DNA from: Vicugna vicugna
Lineage: Eukaryota
NCBI GenBank assembly: GCA_013265495.1
Contig: MU058423.1
Coordinates: 1,191,061 to 1,255,060 of the forward strand
Length of the DNA: 64,000 bases
Reading direction: 5' to 3'
How positions within the stretch are numbered: the stretch's first letter is position 1; every line of letters begins with the position of its first letter. Both the position numbers and the translations under genes were made by a program. The notes beneath the pieces are model-generated. The model made no database searches, was not told where the DNA came from, and saw only the letters and a list, made by a program, of their open reading frames with translations. Positions 22,096 to 35,604 of this stretch are shown here, in pieces.

Positions 22096-23004
22096 ATTGA
22101 GTTTAAGACAGAAGGCAAATCCCCCATGATTATCTACTCCCTTGGCCCCTGCCCTCCCAGTTGGTGAGACAGCACAGGAGCCTTACACAGTGTGGTGATG
22201 CACCAGATCTGTGCAGTTAATAGGCATTGTCTCAGCCTAGGGGAGGCTCGATTCTGGGGTCCTGTAGTCACAGGGAAGAAAAACTTCCTTGAAGACAGAT
22301 ATGTATGTGTGTCTGAGTGTGTGTAGATACATAGTTTTTGGTGAGGGGGGAATAAAAAAATCTATCCCAAGACCCAGCTCCCCCCCCGCCCCAAAAAAAA
22401 GTTGAAAGGTTTTTATGCTTCCCATGTGGCTGTGCATGAGGAACTGGCCATGTCTGGATGAGGTATGGGATGTGGGCATTGCTGGATTCTTGGAAGCCGC
22501 TCATAGACTACTCATAAAGATAGGAGCAACTTTATATTTTTTTATAGAGCTTAATTCACTTTTATTATGGGCAGTGCTTCCATTGACAAAAGTCCAGTCC
22601 ACCTCACTTTGAGGAAGAGCCAGGATGCTCACCACAGTTTTGCATATCTCCTTGCCATTAAACTGAGCCAGAAGTTCAGTTTCTGGCTGAATAAGAAGTT
22701 TGGCTGCTACCTGTGTAATGCCCTCCCCACCTTTCCTCCCCCATGGAACTGTTCGTGTGAGAGATGAATCTATTTCCATCACAGATGCCATAGAAAAAAG
22801 TTTCTGGAAGGTGGCACTTCAGTTAAAAACTGACACAGACTTGCATAGGAATGTGCCATTTTCCCACCCAAAAAGAGTCTGGGGCCTGACCTTTTTTTTC
22901 CTCTGGACCCCTGTCTCTGGATATAGGAAGTCTGAATGCTATTTTGGGGCACTCTGAAGATTTTAAATGCAGTATCAGAGAGAATTGGAAGTACTGGTCA
23001 GTGA

Positions 23005-23010
23005 AATAAA
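23005..23010 (+). terminator. Probable WDR77 polyadenylation signal (AATAAA)
   Basis: AATAAA about 910 nt after the stop, followed by a GT-rich tract near 23030-23060. Another AATAAA lies at 22351. Confidence 0.5.
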
Positions 23011-25799
23011 AAGTTGAGTCATTATTGGCCTGTCTTTTGAAGCGTGTGTGTCATGTGCTGTTAGACATTTGTCACTTCTTTGAGTCATCAGGGTATCAAT
23101 CTTATAGCCCATTCTGTTTTTGTGTGCTTCCCCAGCGCCCAGAGTAGCTAACTGGACCTCAAGGTAAACATTTGGTTACTCGGTTGGTGGCTCCTGCCAC
23201 TTAGAATTCACCAGTTACTGATTGTATTGAAACTAAATACAATCAGTTACGTACTTTTGTGCTTTGAAAGTTTAGTTTAGCCAAAATCCCGTGAAACTGG
23301 GGCAGTTTTAGGCAGAGTATTTATAAGTAAAGCTGTATTTCACCCTTGCCAAGCATGACCTCTGTTCTTACAATTACCCTCAGGTGAAAACTTGGGCTTT
23401 TGTAGCCAGATGACCTACCTGCCGGATCTGGGGGGAGGTGGGGATGAAGCCTTCACTGTTTTTAAGTATAACTTCTGGGAAGGTAATTGGGTAGATTGGT
23501 AGAAACACTTAAGTTCTTCCCAGATATAAAAGCTTAAAATTTGTCACCACTTAGAACAAGTGAGGTATAGAGGGTAAGGTGGGTAGGAATTAAATCTGCA
23601 TAGTCTTATTCCTCATGGACTTAATGGTGGAGAGAAAATGGAAGAGAGAAGAGTCCAAGGAAATGTATGTAATGTGGCAAGGTGGTTAAAATGACATCAA
23701 AGGAGGAAAACCTAGTTTTTGAAGAACCACATTACTTAATGTAAAGAATGTTTAATAGTTTGGATTCAGATAGATCTGTGCTGATGAGGGTAATTCACAT
23801 CTATTTATGATTGCCACCAAGACACTTGCAAATCTAATTGAAGATCACAGTAGGAAAGACCATCACAATTTTGGTTGAATGTGTCTGTTACAGTGAAAAA
23901 AAAAAAAAGATGGTTCAAAATAGAAGGTGACCTCAAAATAATCATGAATGTCGTGCCACATGTAGTGGTTACTGCTAGTCCTTGACTTGAGAGTAGTCTC
24001 AGCAGAGTGAGCAAGGAAATGCCGATGACAGGGTAGAAGTGGGCTCCTTTTGTTTAAAACCATACAAGCATTTATTTTGCATTTAATTTCACTGGTTCAA
24101 ATGTCTAAACAGGAGGAAATCCATTTCCCTATCTTCATTGTTCTTACTCTGAAATCCACTAAACCTGTTGCACTGTATTCCACTGCTGAGTTCTGGTGCT
24201 CAGAACAACCAACGCTGAGGAAGGCTCAAGTACAGTTTCAACTATCTCCAGACATCAGGCTGGTTCTCCAGGCTCTCTCCTGCCCCTTGGGGCAGTAGGA
24301 GGCTGGTCTTTAATTACTGGCTATACCTGTTGATTCACAATTGCATTAAGGCAGCAAAATCTCGCAAACTTGACTGCTCTAGGCTTCCAGGCATGTTTCC
24401 TCTGGGCAGCACCTTAGAAAGGGCAGGCTATTGAGGGGGAGGGAATAAGGCTGGGAGGATCTCTGGTTATTTTTCAACCAGCTCCAGAGGGCTCCAACAC
24501 CTTGCCACGTTGAGACCTAAAAGTAAAGGGCTCTGACTTGTTAAAGGTGACTTCTTGTTGCATTTGGACAGCATGAGCAATGTGCTTTCCTATTTTGTAT
24601 TTCAGTAGTTGCTTGACTTAACTGTATCTACAAACTAAAAGAATAGGGAAAAGAAGGATTTGTTCCAAAATATACTCACATAAGCATTTCTTTCACTGAA
24701 TGTTTTTATGCATTCTGGGAAAGTTTTAGGGCATCTCAGGAGAGCCAACATATGTGACAGAAGCTGAGAGAACTCGTATTGACTTGCCATTTGTAACAAG
24801 TCTCCTACTGCCAGTCTCCTGGTCACCCTGAACATTGTTAGAATCACTTGTGCAGCAAACTGATTTTGTTTGGGAAAAGGGTAAGCAAGCTCTAGTCTCA
24901 ATTTTGAGGTAATTAAAATTTCTCAAGGGCATCGGGGTCTATATGGATCAACTTTGGAAAAGTAAAGTAAGCAGATCGGTCTTGAACTCCAAACACGCTT
25001 TCTTATTAAGTTGTCCATCAGCAATGGGCAATTAGGTTTTTTTTTCATCTTCATAAAAGGGCATAGGTCTAGTACAATCCAGAGAGACTGAAGGAAGTGC
25101 AAAGATCAGGAGAGGAATGGTTAACTCATTTTAAGTTAGAGACACTTACAATCATTGATCCTAAAATCTTTTATCATCTGCAGTAAGGTTAGTGTAGTCC
25201 TCAAGTTATTCTGGAAACTTTCCTTATAAATGATCTGCTGCTTCAGTATGTAATAGATCAAAATTCAAAAGGTCAGTAAATAGAGTTTCACCTCTAAACA
25301 CCATCCTTTTAACTTTCTGGTGGGAGCCCAACTACTGGTTGAAAATTCCAATGTTTCATTGTCACCATGATGTTAGGTGTCAGGTTCTGGTTTATTTCAC
25401 TTTAGGAGGCACCATGTTACAAGCGTTAGGAACTTCAGTTTCAAACTGAAATTTTCCACTAATAGTAACCTTCCTCTAGGGTCTCAGCTGGAAGGAATGA
25501 AGCTTGTTTGGATCAAAAAATGTACTTTACGTGTACAAACTAAATCAGCTTCAAGTTCAGCCAGATCTTTAACAAGCAACTTGTCTCAGAGAAACCCTCA
25601 GGGTAGGTTAGAACGTGGCAGGTGAACAGCCTGACTGCTGTCCAATGTCAATCTGTCTGGCAGAGTTAGCATTAATGCTGCCTTTGACCTAGGCTACTGC
25701 GGACACAGGCTGTCTGCCCAGCACTACCCCTGGGTCCGTGGGGACAGACTCCTCATGGAAGGACCAACTTAGGGCTTACTGGTTTTCTCTAAGTTGTTT

Positions 25800-26225
25800 T
25801 TTGAAAAACATTATGGTAAAATTTACCATTTTAACCATTTTAAGTGTATAATTCAGTGGCATTAAGTACATTCACATTATTGTGTAACCAGTACCACCAC
25901 CATCCCAAGTTGAAACTTTGTACTCGTTAAATAATATCTCCTTCCCCCAGACCCTGACAATCACCTCTCCCGATCTTTCTATTTTCTGCTTCATGAATTT
26001 GAATACTAGGTAACTCACATGAGTGGACTCATACAGTATTTGTCCTAAGTGTCTGGCTTATCATTTGATTTTGTAAGATGTTGACTTGCTCCTCACAGTG
26101 TGGTCCATGGACCAGCAGCATTGGCATCATCTGGAACTTGTTAGAAAGCTAACTCCTAAATCAGAATTTATATTTTCACAATCTCCCTGGTAACTCATGC
26201 CTGTTAGAGTTTAAGAACCACTGGC
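25800..26225. mobile_element. L1M 3' fragment (25800-26065, antisense) followed by a MER5A-like element (26085-26225)
   Basis: 'aaatttaccattttaaccattttaagtgtataattcagtggcattaagtacattcaca' and 'gtgtggtccatggaccagcagcattggcatcatctggaacttgttagaaa'. Confidence 0.7.
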
Positions 26226-27079
26226 TTTGATTTTCTGTTGAGAATTTAGATGGGTCAGGAACCAGGCAGAGAAATCACTAGTCATTCAAGAATGAGCAGC
26301 TGCTTTCGGACATTGTGGTGTTTGGTACTAAGCAAGACAGTTCAGCCTTGCCTTCAGCAATCTAGAGTAAGAGAGAGACAGGATGTAATTAGTGTTTTAG
26401 TGCTAGCCAAAAGAAAGAAAGATTTCTAGAAAACAGGGTCATGAAGAAGTGGTAAATCTTCCCTGATGAAGTGACATTTGGATTGAGTCCTGAAGGTTAA
26501 ACATGGGTTAGCTGATGTTTGGGGCTGGGGAAGAATTCCGGATGCAAGTGGCAATGTGAAAATCCTGCTGTGGAAGGAGCGTAGGGCTTCCCAGAGGAGG
26601 AGGTCACTATAGCTGGGGTTAAACGGTGAGGGGAGGGCACAGGATAAAAGGAGATGAGGCTGGTAGCCGCTGAATGGTGGGTGGTGTGAGCCACGGTGAG
26701 GATCTCGGACCAGGAAGTGACATATTGGATGTGCTTTTGAAACAGATTCCATTGCTGTCCTTTGAGCAGGAGACTGTGGAAGTTTAAAGGGGCCTAGTTT
26801 TTTGTTTTTTGTTTTTTTTGCTTCCTTTGATCTGAGCCACTAGGGTGTAGGCAACTAACTAGGCTTGGCCATTTGGCCTCTTCCATCTGGGCCTTAAATC
26901 TGGAGGCAGTGCTGCAAAGTTTCAAAGAATGGGTATCTGGCAGTGATGAGTGACAGCCCAGTGGCAGCAGCACCAGTCCCAGAGTGGAACTCCTTAACCA
27001 GCCTTCCATGGCAGGACCCTGGCAGTGTCTTTTATAAATAGCCTGTCTTGGATCCTGCCTGTGTTTTAAGACTGATTCT

Positions 27080-28979
27080 TGATGTTGAGTTGTAGAAGCT
27101 GTTTATAAATTTTGGAAGTTAACCCCTTATCAGTCATATTATTTGCAAATATTTTCTCCCATTCAATAGGTTGTCCTTTCATTTTGTTGATGGTTTCCGT
27201 TGCTGTGCAAAAGCTTTTAAGTTTAATTAGGTCCTATTTGTTTATTTTTGCTTTGATCTCTTTTGCCTTAGGAGACAAGATACAACAGAATGTTTCTGAT
27301 TGATGTCAAAGAGTGTTCTGCCTGTGTTCTCTTCTAAGAGTGTTGTTTCAGGTCTTACATTTAGTTTTTTAATCCATTTTGAGTTTATTTTTGTATGTGG
27401 TGTGAGAAAATGTTCTAATCTCATTCTTTTTCATGTAGCTGTCCAGTTTTCCCAGCACCACTTATTGAAGAGATTGTCTTTTCTCCCTCGTATATTCTTG
27501 CCTATTTTCTCATAGATTAATTGACCGTAGGGGTATGAGCTTATTTCCGAGCTCTCTATTATGTTCCTTGATCTATGTGTCTGTTTTTGTGCCAGTACCA
27601 TGCTGTTTTGATTACTGTAGCTTTGTAATATAGTCTGAAATCAGGGAGTGCAATATCTCCAGCTTAGTTCTTTTTTCTCAAGATTGTTTTGGCAATTAGA
27701 TCATTTAGGCTACATATAAATTTTAGGATTATTTGCTCTAGTTCAGTGAAAAATGTCATGGATATTTCAATAGGAATTGCATTAAATCTATAGATTGCTT
27801 TGGGTAATATGAACATTTTAGCAATATTAATTCTTCCAATCCAAGAACATGGGACATCTTTCCATTTCTTTGTATCATTTTCAAATTCCTTCATCAATGT
27901 TTTATAGTTTTCAGAGTATTGATCTTTCGCTTCCTTGGTTAAGTTTATCCCTAGATATTTTATTCTTTTTGATTGATTGTAAATGGGGTTGTTTCCTTAA
28001 TTTATCTTTTTCATAGTTCATCATTACAAACAAAGAACCTGATTAAAATTTGAGCAGAAGATATGAATAGACATTTTCCCAAAGAAGACATATGGATGGC
28101 CAATAGGCAGGTGAAAAATTACTCAGCATCACTACTCATCAGAAAAATGCAAATCAAAACCACAATGAGATTTTACCTCACACCTCTTAGAATGGCTATT
28201 ATCAAAAACTCCACAAATAACAAATGTTGGTAAGGATGTGGAGAAAAGGGAACCCTAGTACACTGTTAGTGGGATTGGGAATTGGTGAAGCCACTACGGA
28301 AAAAGGCATTCAGGTTTCTCAAAAAACTAAAAACAGAACTTCCATATGATCCAACAATTCCATTGCTGGGTATGTGTCCAAAGAAAGTGAAAACATTAAT
28401 TTGAAAAGATATTTGCAGCTCAGTGTTCACTGCAGCATTATTCACAATAGCCAAGATATGGAAGCAGCCTAAGTGTCCATCAACAGATGAATGGATAAAG
28501 AAGATGTGATATACATGCATGCCATGGAATATTATTCAGCCATAAAGAAATGAAACCCTGCCATTTGCAACAATGCAAATGGACCTAGAGAGTATTATGC
28601 TTAATGAGGTAAATCAGACAGATAAAAACAAATACTCTGGGTTATCACTTATATGTGGAATCTAAAAAATAAGACAAATGAGTGTATATAACAAAACAGG
28701 AACAGACAGGTTTAAAGAACACACTGGTGGTTACCAGTGGGGAGAAGGACGTGGGGGAGGGGTGAGATGGGGTATAGGATTAACAGACACAGTACTGTGT
28801 ATAAAATAAATAAGCCAACAAGGATATAATGTTCAGCATAGGGAAATACAGCCATTATTTTGTAATAACTTTGTAATAACTTTAAATGGACTGTAATCTA
28901 GAAGAATGTTGAATCACTATGCTGCACAACTACAACTAATACAATATTGTAAATCAACTATACCTCAATTGAAAAAAAG
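27080..28979 (+). mobile_element. 5'-truncated, 5'-inverted L1 inserted in an older MaLR-like LTR
   Basis: 27080-~28025 is antisense ORF2 (..[26 protein letters not shown]..). ~28026-28979 is sense ORF2 end, 3' UTR and A-tail. TSD AGACTGATTCT at 27069-27079 and 28980-28990, at a TTTT/AA site. Confidence 0.9.
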
Positions 28980-29219
28980 AGACTGATTCTACAACATGCC
29001 CACTGAGTCTAACTTCCTTATAGTCTTTCCATTGAAGTCCTATTTTGACTGAGTTAGCCAGAGTTGGTTTCTTTTGTTTGCAACCCCAGCACCCCAATAG
29101 TTACTGTCTTGGTCAGTGGGGGAAATGCTGCATGTTCTGTGAGTACTTTCACTTTAAACACTTTATTTAAAGTAGTGCTTTTAATCATCTGAACAGTCTG
29201 AAAAATAATTATTGCTATT

Positions 29220-30965
29220 TTTGTTATTTGTTTTATTTTTTAGATTCCACATGTAAGTGATATCAGACAGTATTTGTCTTTCTCTGTCTGACTTACTTCA
29301 CTAAGCATAATACCCTCCAGGTCCATCCATGTTGTTGCAGATGGCCACATTTCATTCTTTTTTTCTTCTGAGTAATATTCTGTTTATGTATGTATGTATG
29401 TGTGCATGCATGTTTGTTTGTTTTTTTTATCTCTCACATTTTCTTTATCCATTTATGTGTTGATGGACATTTAGGTTGTATTGTATCTTGGCTATTGTAA
29501 ATAATGCTGCTGTGAACATTGGGGTGTGTGTATTTTTTTCAAATTAGTGTTTTCATTTTCTTTGGATATACACCCAGGAGTGGAATTGCTGGATCTCATG
29601 GCAGTTCTAGTCTTAATTTTCTGAGGAACCTCCATACCATTTTTCATGGTGGTTGTACTAATTTACATTCCCAGCAACAGTGTTACTAGGGTTTCCTTTT
29701 CTCCATATCCTCACAAACATTTACTTTTACTGTCTTTTTGATGACAGCCGTTCTGAGAGGTGTGAGAGGATAGCTCATTGTGGGTTTTTTTTTAACATCT
29801 TTTATTGATTTATAATCATTTTACAATGTTGTGTCAAATTCCAGTGTTCAGCACAATTTTTCAGTCATTCATGGACATATGCACACTCATTGTCACCTTT
29901 TTTTCTCTGTGAGTTATCATAACATTTTGTGTATATTTCCCTGTGCTATACAGTGTAATCTTGTTTATCTATTCTACAATTTTGAAATCCCAGTCTATCC
30001 CTTCCCACCCTCCACCCCCCTGGTAACCACAAGTCTGTATTCTCTGTCTGTGAGTCTATTTCTGTCCTGTATTTATGCTTTGTTTTTGTTTGTTTGTTTG
30101 TTTTTGTTTTTGTTTTTTAGATTCCACATATGAGCGATCTCATATGGTATTTTTCTTTCTCTTTCTGGCTTACCTCACTTAGAATGACATTCTCTAGGAG
30201 CATCCATGTTGCTGCAAATGGCATTATGTTGTTGGTTTTTATGGCTGAGTAGTATTCCATTGTATAAATATACCACATCTTCTTTATCCAGTCACCTGTT
30301 GATGGACATTTAGGCTGTTTCCATGTTTTGGCTATTGTAAATAGTGCTGCTATGAACATTGGGGTGCCACTGCCCAAGGCAATCTACAGATTTAATGCAA
30401 TCCCTATCAAATTACCCAGGACATATTTCACAGAACTAGAACAAATCATAATAAAATTTATATGGAACCATCAAAGATCTAGAATTGCCAAAGCATTACT
30501 GAAGAGAAAGAAAGAGGCTGGAGGAATAACTCTCCCAGTCTTCAGACAATACTATAGAGCTACAGTCATCAAGACAGCATGGTATTGGTACCAAAACAGA
30601 CATACAGACCAATGGAACAGAATAGAGAGCCCAGAAATGAACCCACAAACTTTTGGTCAACTCATCTTCGACAAAGGAGGCAAGAATATACAATGGAATA
30701 AAGACAGTCTTTTCAGCAAATGGTGTTGGGAAAATTGTGGCTTTGATTTACATTTGCCTGATGATTAGTGATGCTGAGCATCTTTTCACATGCCTGTTGG
30801 CCATCTGTATATCTTTGTTGGAAAAATGTCTGTTCATTTCTTCTGCCCATTTTTTAATCAGATTGTTTTTTGATATTAAGTTGTATAAGCTCTTTATGTA
30901 TTTGAAATTTAACTCCTTGTCAGACATATCATTTGCAAATCTGTCTCCCATTCAGTAGACTGTTC
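29220..30965 (-). mobile_element. Older antisense L1 interrupted by a younger 5'-inverted L1 (~29788-30733)
   Basis: Host L1 text '...ctcattgtgg' resumes as 'attgtggctttgatttacatt' at 30734. The insert has a T-tail at ~29785, antisense 3' UTR/ORF2 end to ~30367, then sense ORF2 ([16 protein letters not shown]...KWCWEN). TSD ATTGTGG(G/C)TTT. Confidence 0.88.
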
Positions 30966-31969
30966 CGAAAGATAATTATTAATATTTTAATGTTATGGAT
31001 GGGAAAACAGGCTTATAAAGATTAAGCAATGTAATTTAAGATTATATGGTCTATCAGTCAGTGTCCTGAGGAAAACAGATGGTACACACAAATTAAGATA
31101 ATTTAGATAAATTTAGAGAGTGATGTAGGGTAACCACAGTGCTGGTGCAGGAACCCAGAGTGTTACAGGGAGAGGTTGTCTGAAACTTGAAGAAGAGATA
31201 GTCACGTAGAGCAGTCTTTCTGAAGTGGAGCAGTGAGCTTTGATGGAGGAACTTAGCCATCTTCATGTGATCCAGAGAATAAACACCCAGATCTCACTCT
31301 CTTCCTTCCTCTACTCTTTTGTCAAGCAGAACCCACTGAGCTATTGGATGTAGTCCAAACAGACTAACTTCCAGGGGCAGAGAGCAAGGTGGAGAAGGAT
31401 GGGGAGGTAGACAATTAGAAAATATGTGCTCCAGTCCCCCCTGTTTGCCCCCTAGTGTTCTCTCTTGTCTGAAATGCAGCTAAAACTTCATGTCCTCAAC
31501 ATAAGAGACACCCAAAGTCCCATCAGCTATTTCTCATTGTGAGGCGATGTCCATTTGTTCATACTTTCGCCTTAAAGCTAAATGATTAGCCATCATTAGT
31601 GCCTGTATATAAAGTAATAGGAGGGAAATGGGAAGATAAAAATAAGCAATATAAAATATAGCTGTTTCAATCCCTACTTCTTTAACTGGACACAAAGCCA
31701 ATTGCCTGTTTCCAAAGTAGGGTGTGCTCACCTTCCTGGCTGTGTTTTTTCTCAGCTCATTCATTCCAAGGGCAGACCATTTAATTGTTGGTTCTGGAGC
31801 TACAAAGATAAATCAATCATATATCCTCACTAAAAGAGCTCACTTTGCAATAGATGGAACAGATGTTTAACTTTAAATCTAGGGTAACAAGGGGGTAAGT
31901 AGATACATGATCTCAGGTTTGTGTTGGAATTAAAAGAGCAAGAACAACAATGGAAGCAACTCTGCTTGA

Positions 31970-32157
31970 CAGAGTTTTTCACTCTGGAATTATTAACTAT
32001 CAATACTGGGTAATTCTGTGTTATGGGGGCTGTCTTGTGTACTGTAGGATGTTTAGCAGCACCCCTGGCTTCTACTCACTAGGGACCAGTAACACCCCTG
32101 CCTCCATTGTGGCAACCAGAAAATGTCTCCAGACATTTGCCCAATTGAGAACCACTG
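31970..32157 (-). mobile_element. MER20 DNA transposon (internally deleted)
   Basis: 'gggggctgtcttgtgtactgtaggatgtttagcagcacccctggc...aaatgtctccagacatt...ttgagaaccactg'. Confidence 0.85.
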
Positions 32158-32634
32158 GCTTAAAAAGTAAAGAAAGAGGCCATTGCATGGATGTACAATA
32201 ATATATTTGTTTCTCTCCAAATAATGGTCATTTGTTCAGATAGGATTTCTCTTTTGTTTTGTTTGTTTTTTTTGTTGTTGTTACAAATAAACCTGCAGTG
32301 TACATGCTTTCTTTGTGTACTTGGGCAACTATTATCTGCATGGCAAATTTCTAAAAGTGAAGTTGCTGGGTTATAGGATGTGTTTAGAATTGTGATGCTC
32401 TCAAGACAACTTCTAAGGAGATTGAATAAATAGTCCTACCTTCACTACTTTATTAAAATATTCGTTTTTGAATTGCCTCAATTTTTTAAACCTAATGTCT
32501 ATGAAATCATGGGGCTTTAGGATAATAGACATTGTCTAAATATTAAAATTAAACACATAAATATTAAAATTAAAATTTAAAAAGTCCTACTGCACAACCA
32601 AAAGTCATTTTTTTATATTAACTATTGGGAAACA

Positions 32635-32895
32635 CTTTTCTGGTCGGTCCCCTTCATTACAGAGATGTGGTAAGGCTCTTTCATGTTTATGCTTTGTGTT
32701 CTTATGTTATTCAAACGCTTGCTTTTGTTCTGACCACATTTCTCCAATTCATCCACATGAGAATCATGAAAAATTTGGTCAAATACTTTGTTAAACCCAA
32801 AGCCCTGTGTCTGTGATCTTGCCTTCATCTAGTTGAGAAAAGGTAACACGGGAGGGGTTATGTTGCTGTCGGGATATCTTCAGTAAGCCAACTAA
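32635..32895 (-). mobile_element. CR1/L3 reverse-transcriptase fossil
   Basis: The minus-strand translation GFNKVFDQIFHDSHVDELEKCG resembles the CR1 RT segment DFSKAFDKVSHDILVDKLEKCG. Confidence 0.6.
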
Positions 32896-35450
32896 AAGAT
32901 ATTTGTATATGTCTTTTCTCATTTCATGAGAACAGGCTAAGCATTAGTAAGGAGTATTAGTCTAAGTATTCGTGTGGGTGTATATAAATACAAAGCAATG
33001 GTTATATTTTGACAGCAAGGTCTCAAGGAGAAGGATTAAGAGCCAACTGATCGACATGGCACACTGATTTTCAAGATAACCCTCACTCAGCATTTTACTA
33101 TTCATCATCTGCTATACACACAGAGTCATAGTTGCCAACTCACTGGCATGGTCATCCCTGAATGGAGCAGAAGTCACTCCTGCGCATCCATTGTTGTATC
33201 TTGCATTTTCAGCATCATCAGTCACTTTTGAAGGTCTGGAGCAATTCGATCTGAGATCAAGCCTTGCCCACTGCAGCAGAATAGGAGCCCAGAACACTGA
33301 CCCAGGTGCAGATTAAGGAGGTTCAGTTGGCAGGCAAATTTGGCTTTGTGGTGGGTACATCATTAACAGTGCCCCTGGCAGGAGTCTGGGTGGAAGGACA
33401 CAAAGCTCGTGGGAAATCTCAGTGATGTGGAATCTAGGGGGCAGGAGATGGGGTGAGGGGAAGTTCAGAAGCAGAGACAGGTAAGCATTCACATCAGGGT
33501 CTTAAAAGACAGGCAGTAATGAGTCCGGCCCCAGGCCCCAGGAACCAACTGTGTTGACTACAGACCAGCAAGAGAAATCAAAGCAGAGACCCAGAATCAA
33601 GAATTACTGCACACTGGCTGGGAATTGGGAAACAAATGAGAACTTGGTCATTAGAGTTAGAAACCACATCAGGGGTAATCCAACCGATGGTGTGAATTGT
33701 TTCCCAGACCTGATCCAGAGTTGTTCTCAGGAGGCCTATTTCACTCCTGATTCAGGTTAATATTAGCCCAAGGTATAGAAGGTGGCATTGAGCATGCAGG
33801 TGGGACTCAAGTGGCCCCAGTGAGAGTGCAGAGCAGGAACTGGATCTCAAGGCTGTTTGGAAACAATGCTCATGTGTTTCCCACTGCCCTCATCCAAAAG
33901 AGACAAGAGAGACACAGTTCTCCAAGAGAGAGACACACACACTTGCTCTGGGGGATGTGATCAGTCTGTTCACTACACTAGAAGCTCCTTGAGCAGAAAC
34001 TGTGTCTTGATCCCCTTGTATCTTGAGTGCATATCCGGGCCTGGCCAAGCTCAATGAATATTCATTGAGTACATAAAGGAAGGCAAAGAAGGGTGACAAA
34101 TAGAGACATGGTCTCTGTTGGGTGGGTTTCTCACGTTTCAGTGACATATCCTTGCCCTAAACATTCTATACAATTTATTGTCTTTATTCCATGATATCCA
34201 ACAACCTGCTGATAAAAATTAAACTTCCCTGGTTTCTTCACACTGGAAGTGAAGGGAATTCAACCACAAGTCATTGTTATTTCCTGTGCGATTGATTATA
34301 TTGGTTAGTACCTCAGTGACAAGTGGATTAGGTGAGGTGTGAGTTGCCAAGAGGACGGGTGTAGTGGATACACTGAGAAAATCTGGTTCCTGGTACTCCA
34401 TGAGTGAGGTTCAGACCCTGAAATATGGAACCTACCCATGGTCTGAGAGTCTCTGGAGGAGAAAACAAAACGGTGGATGGTAAAGACATTGGCTCATAGC
34501 CCTACTTTATTTATTCTTCATATTACTGTTGTGTTTTTAAAAAATTGGCTCCCAGGTGTCCAGAGTTGCATTCGTTATGCACTGTTAATTCATGACACAG
34601 TCTCACCCTTGGCTTAGATACTGGCTCAAACATTGTTGACAAGGACAATAATTCAGATTTTTGTCCTCTCTGGCGCAATTGAAGAGTCCTCCCAAAACAC
34701 TGGTTATGTTTCACTGCAGGGCAAACATTAGTGGCTACTCAGAGCGCTGTCCCTGTTTATACGGATCTCTGCTGCCTCCTGACCCAGAGGCTTCATGTTA
34801 GTTGATGGGCATCACTGGGCTCCAACTGTTACTCTTCTAGCAAAGTGGAGAGTGAATTATTTTGTTTCTGCACTTCACCCATTTACGTACCTGCCTGGTG
34901 AGTGTCAGCATCTGAGTCTGAGAACCCTGCTCTGCTGGGCAAATCTTGTGGCATCCTGGATAACTGCTCCTATTCACTGAGCCCTTACTATATGCGAAGC
35001 ACTAACCTAACCGTCTTTTTTTTTTTTTTTGACCCAACAGTCTTGTGCATTATATCTTTAATTTGTTTAAAACCCTATAAGGTAAGTACAGGTGTTATCT
35101 CCATTTTGCAAGTGTGGAAGCTGATGCTCAAAGAGCTAAGATGATAAAACTTCTAACTGGTGGCACTGAGATGCAAACTTTGGCCTGCCTGAGTCCCTAA
35201 CTGGGGCTTTTAAACTTACATTACACTGCTTTCCTACCCTTGATCTTATAACAAAAGAATTACTGCTGCCCGTCAGTGTTTCTTCCTCATACTCAGTCCA
35301 TGTGGGGCTAGATTCCAGGAAGAGGGGCTGAGCACTGCCCTGCCCTCGCCACGGCCCACGGTGGACACCCACTCCCTGCCAGCGTCAGATGTTGCTTTGA
35401 TGGATCTGAGAGCTATGGCTCTGCTGGAGCGGGAGGACAGGAGATGCTGG

Positions 35451-35565
35451 GGTCACTGTGACTCCAGGGCAGCCGCCCATTAGTCACTGTTCTTGGTATT
35501 GTGTGTGCATAGCTGGGCTGACCCAATGCTGTCTCAGGGCTGTACCCAGGGAAGCTCATATAAAG
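35451..35565 (+). promoter_or_regulatory. OVGP1 proximal promoter: imperfect estrogen response element, CCAAT and TATA box
   Basis: GGTCActgTGACT at 35451-35463 (one mismatch to the ERE consensus GGTCAnnnTGACC), CCAAT 35523-35527, TATAAA 35559-35564, upstream of the ATG at 35605. Consistent with the known estrogen dependence of oviductin. Confidence 0.8.
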
Positions 35566-35604
35566 AGGGTCCAGCTCTACGCCTGCAGCTCTCGGACTGC
35601 TGAG

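Noticed and set aside
23800..25700. Repeat-poor intergenic stretch after WDR77, with minus-strand ORF 24635-24901 and a minus-strand AATAAA near 24071-24076
   Set aside because: No recognisable protein or RNA family and no consistent exon chain. An antisense transcript cannot be supported without expression or conservation data.
30328..30768. 146-aa ORF as a novel fusion protein
   Set aside because: It spans the L1 inversion junction; it is an ORF2 fragment joined to antisense L1 sequence, with no promoter or splice evidence.
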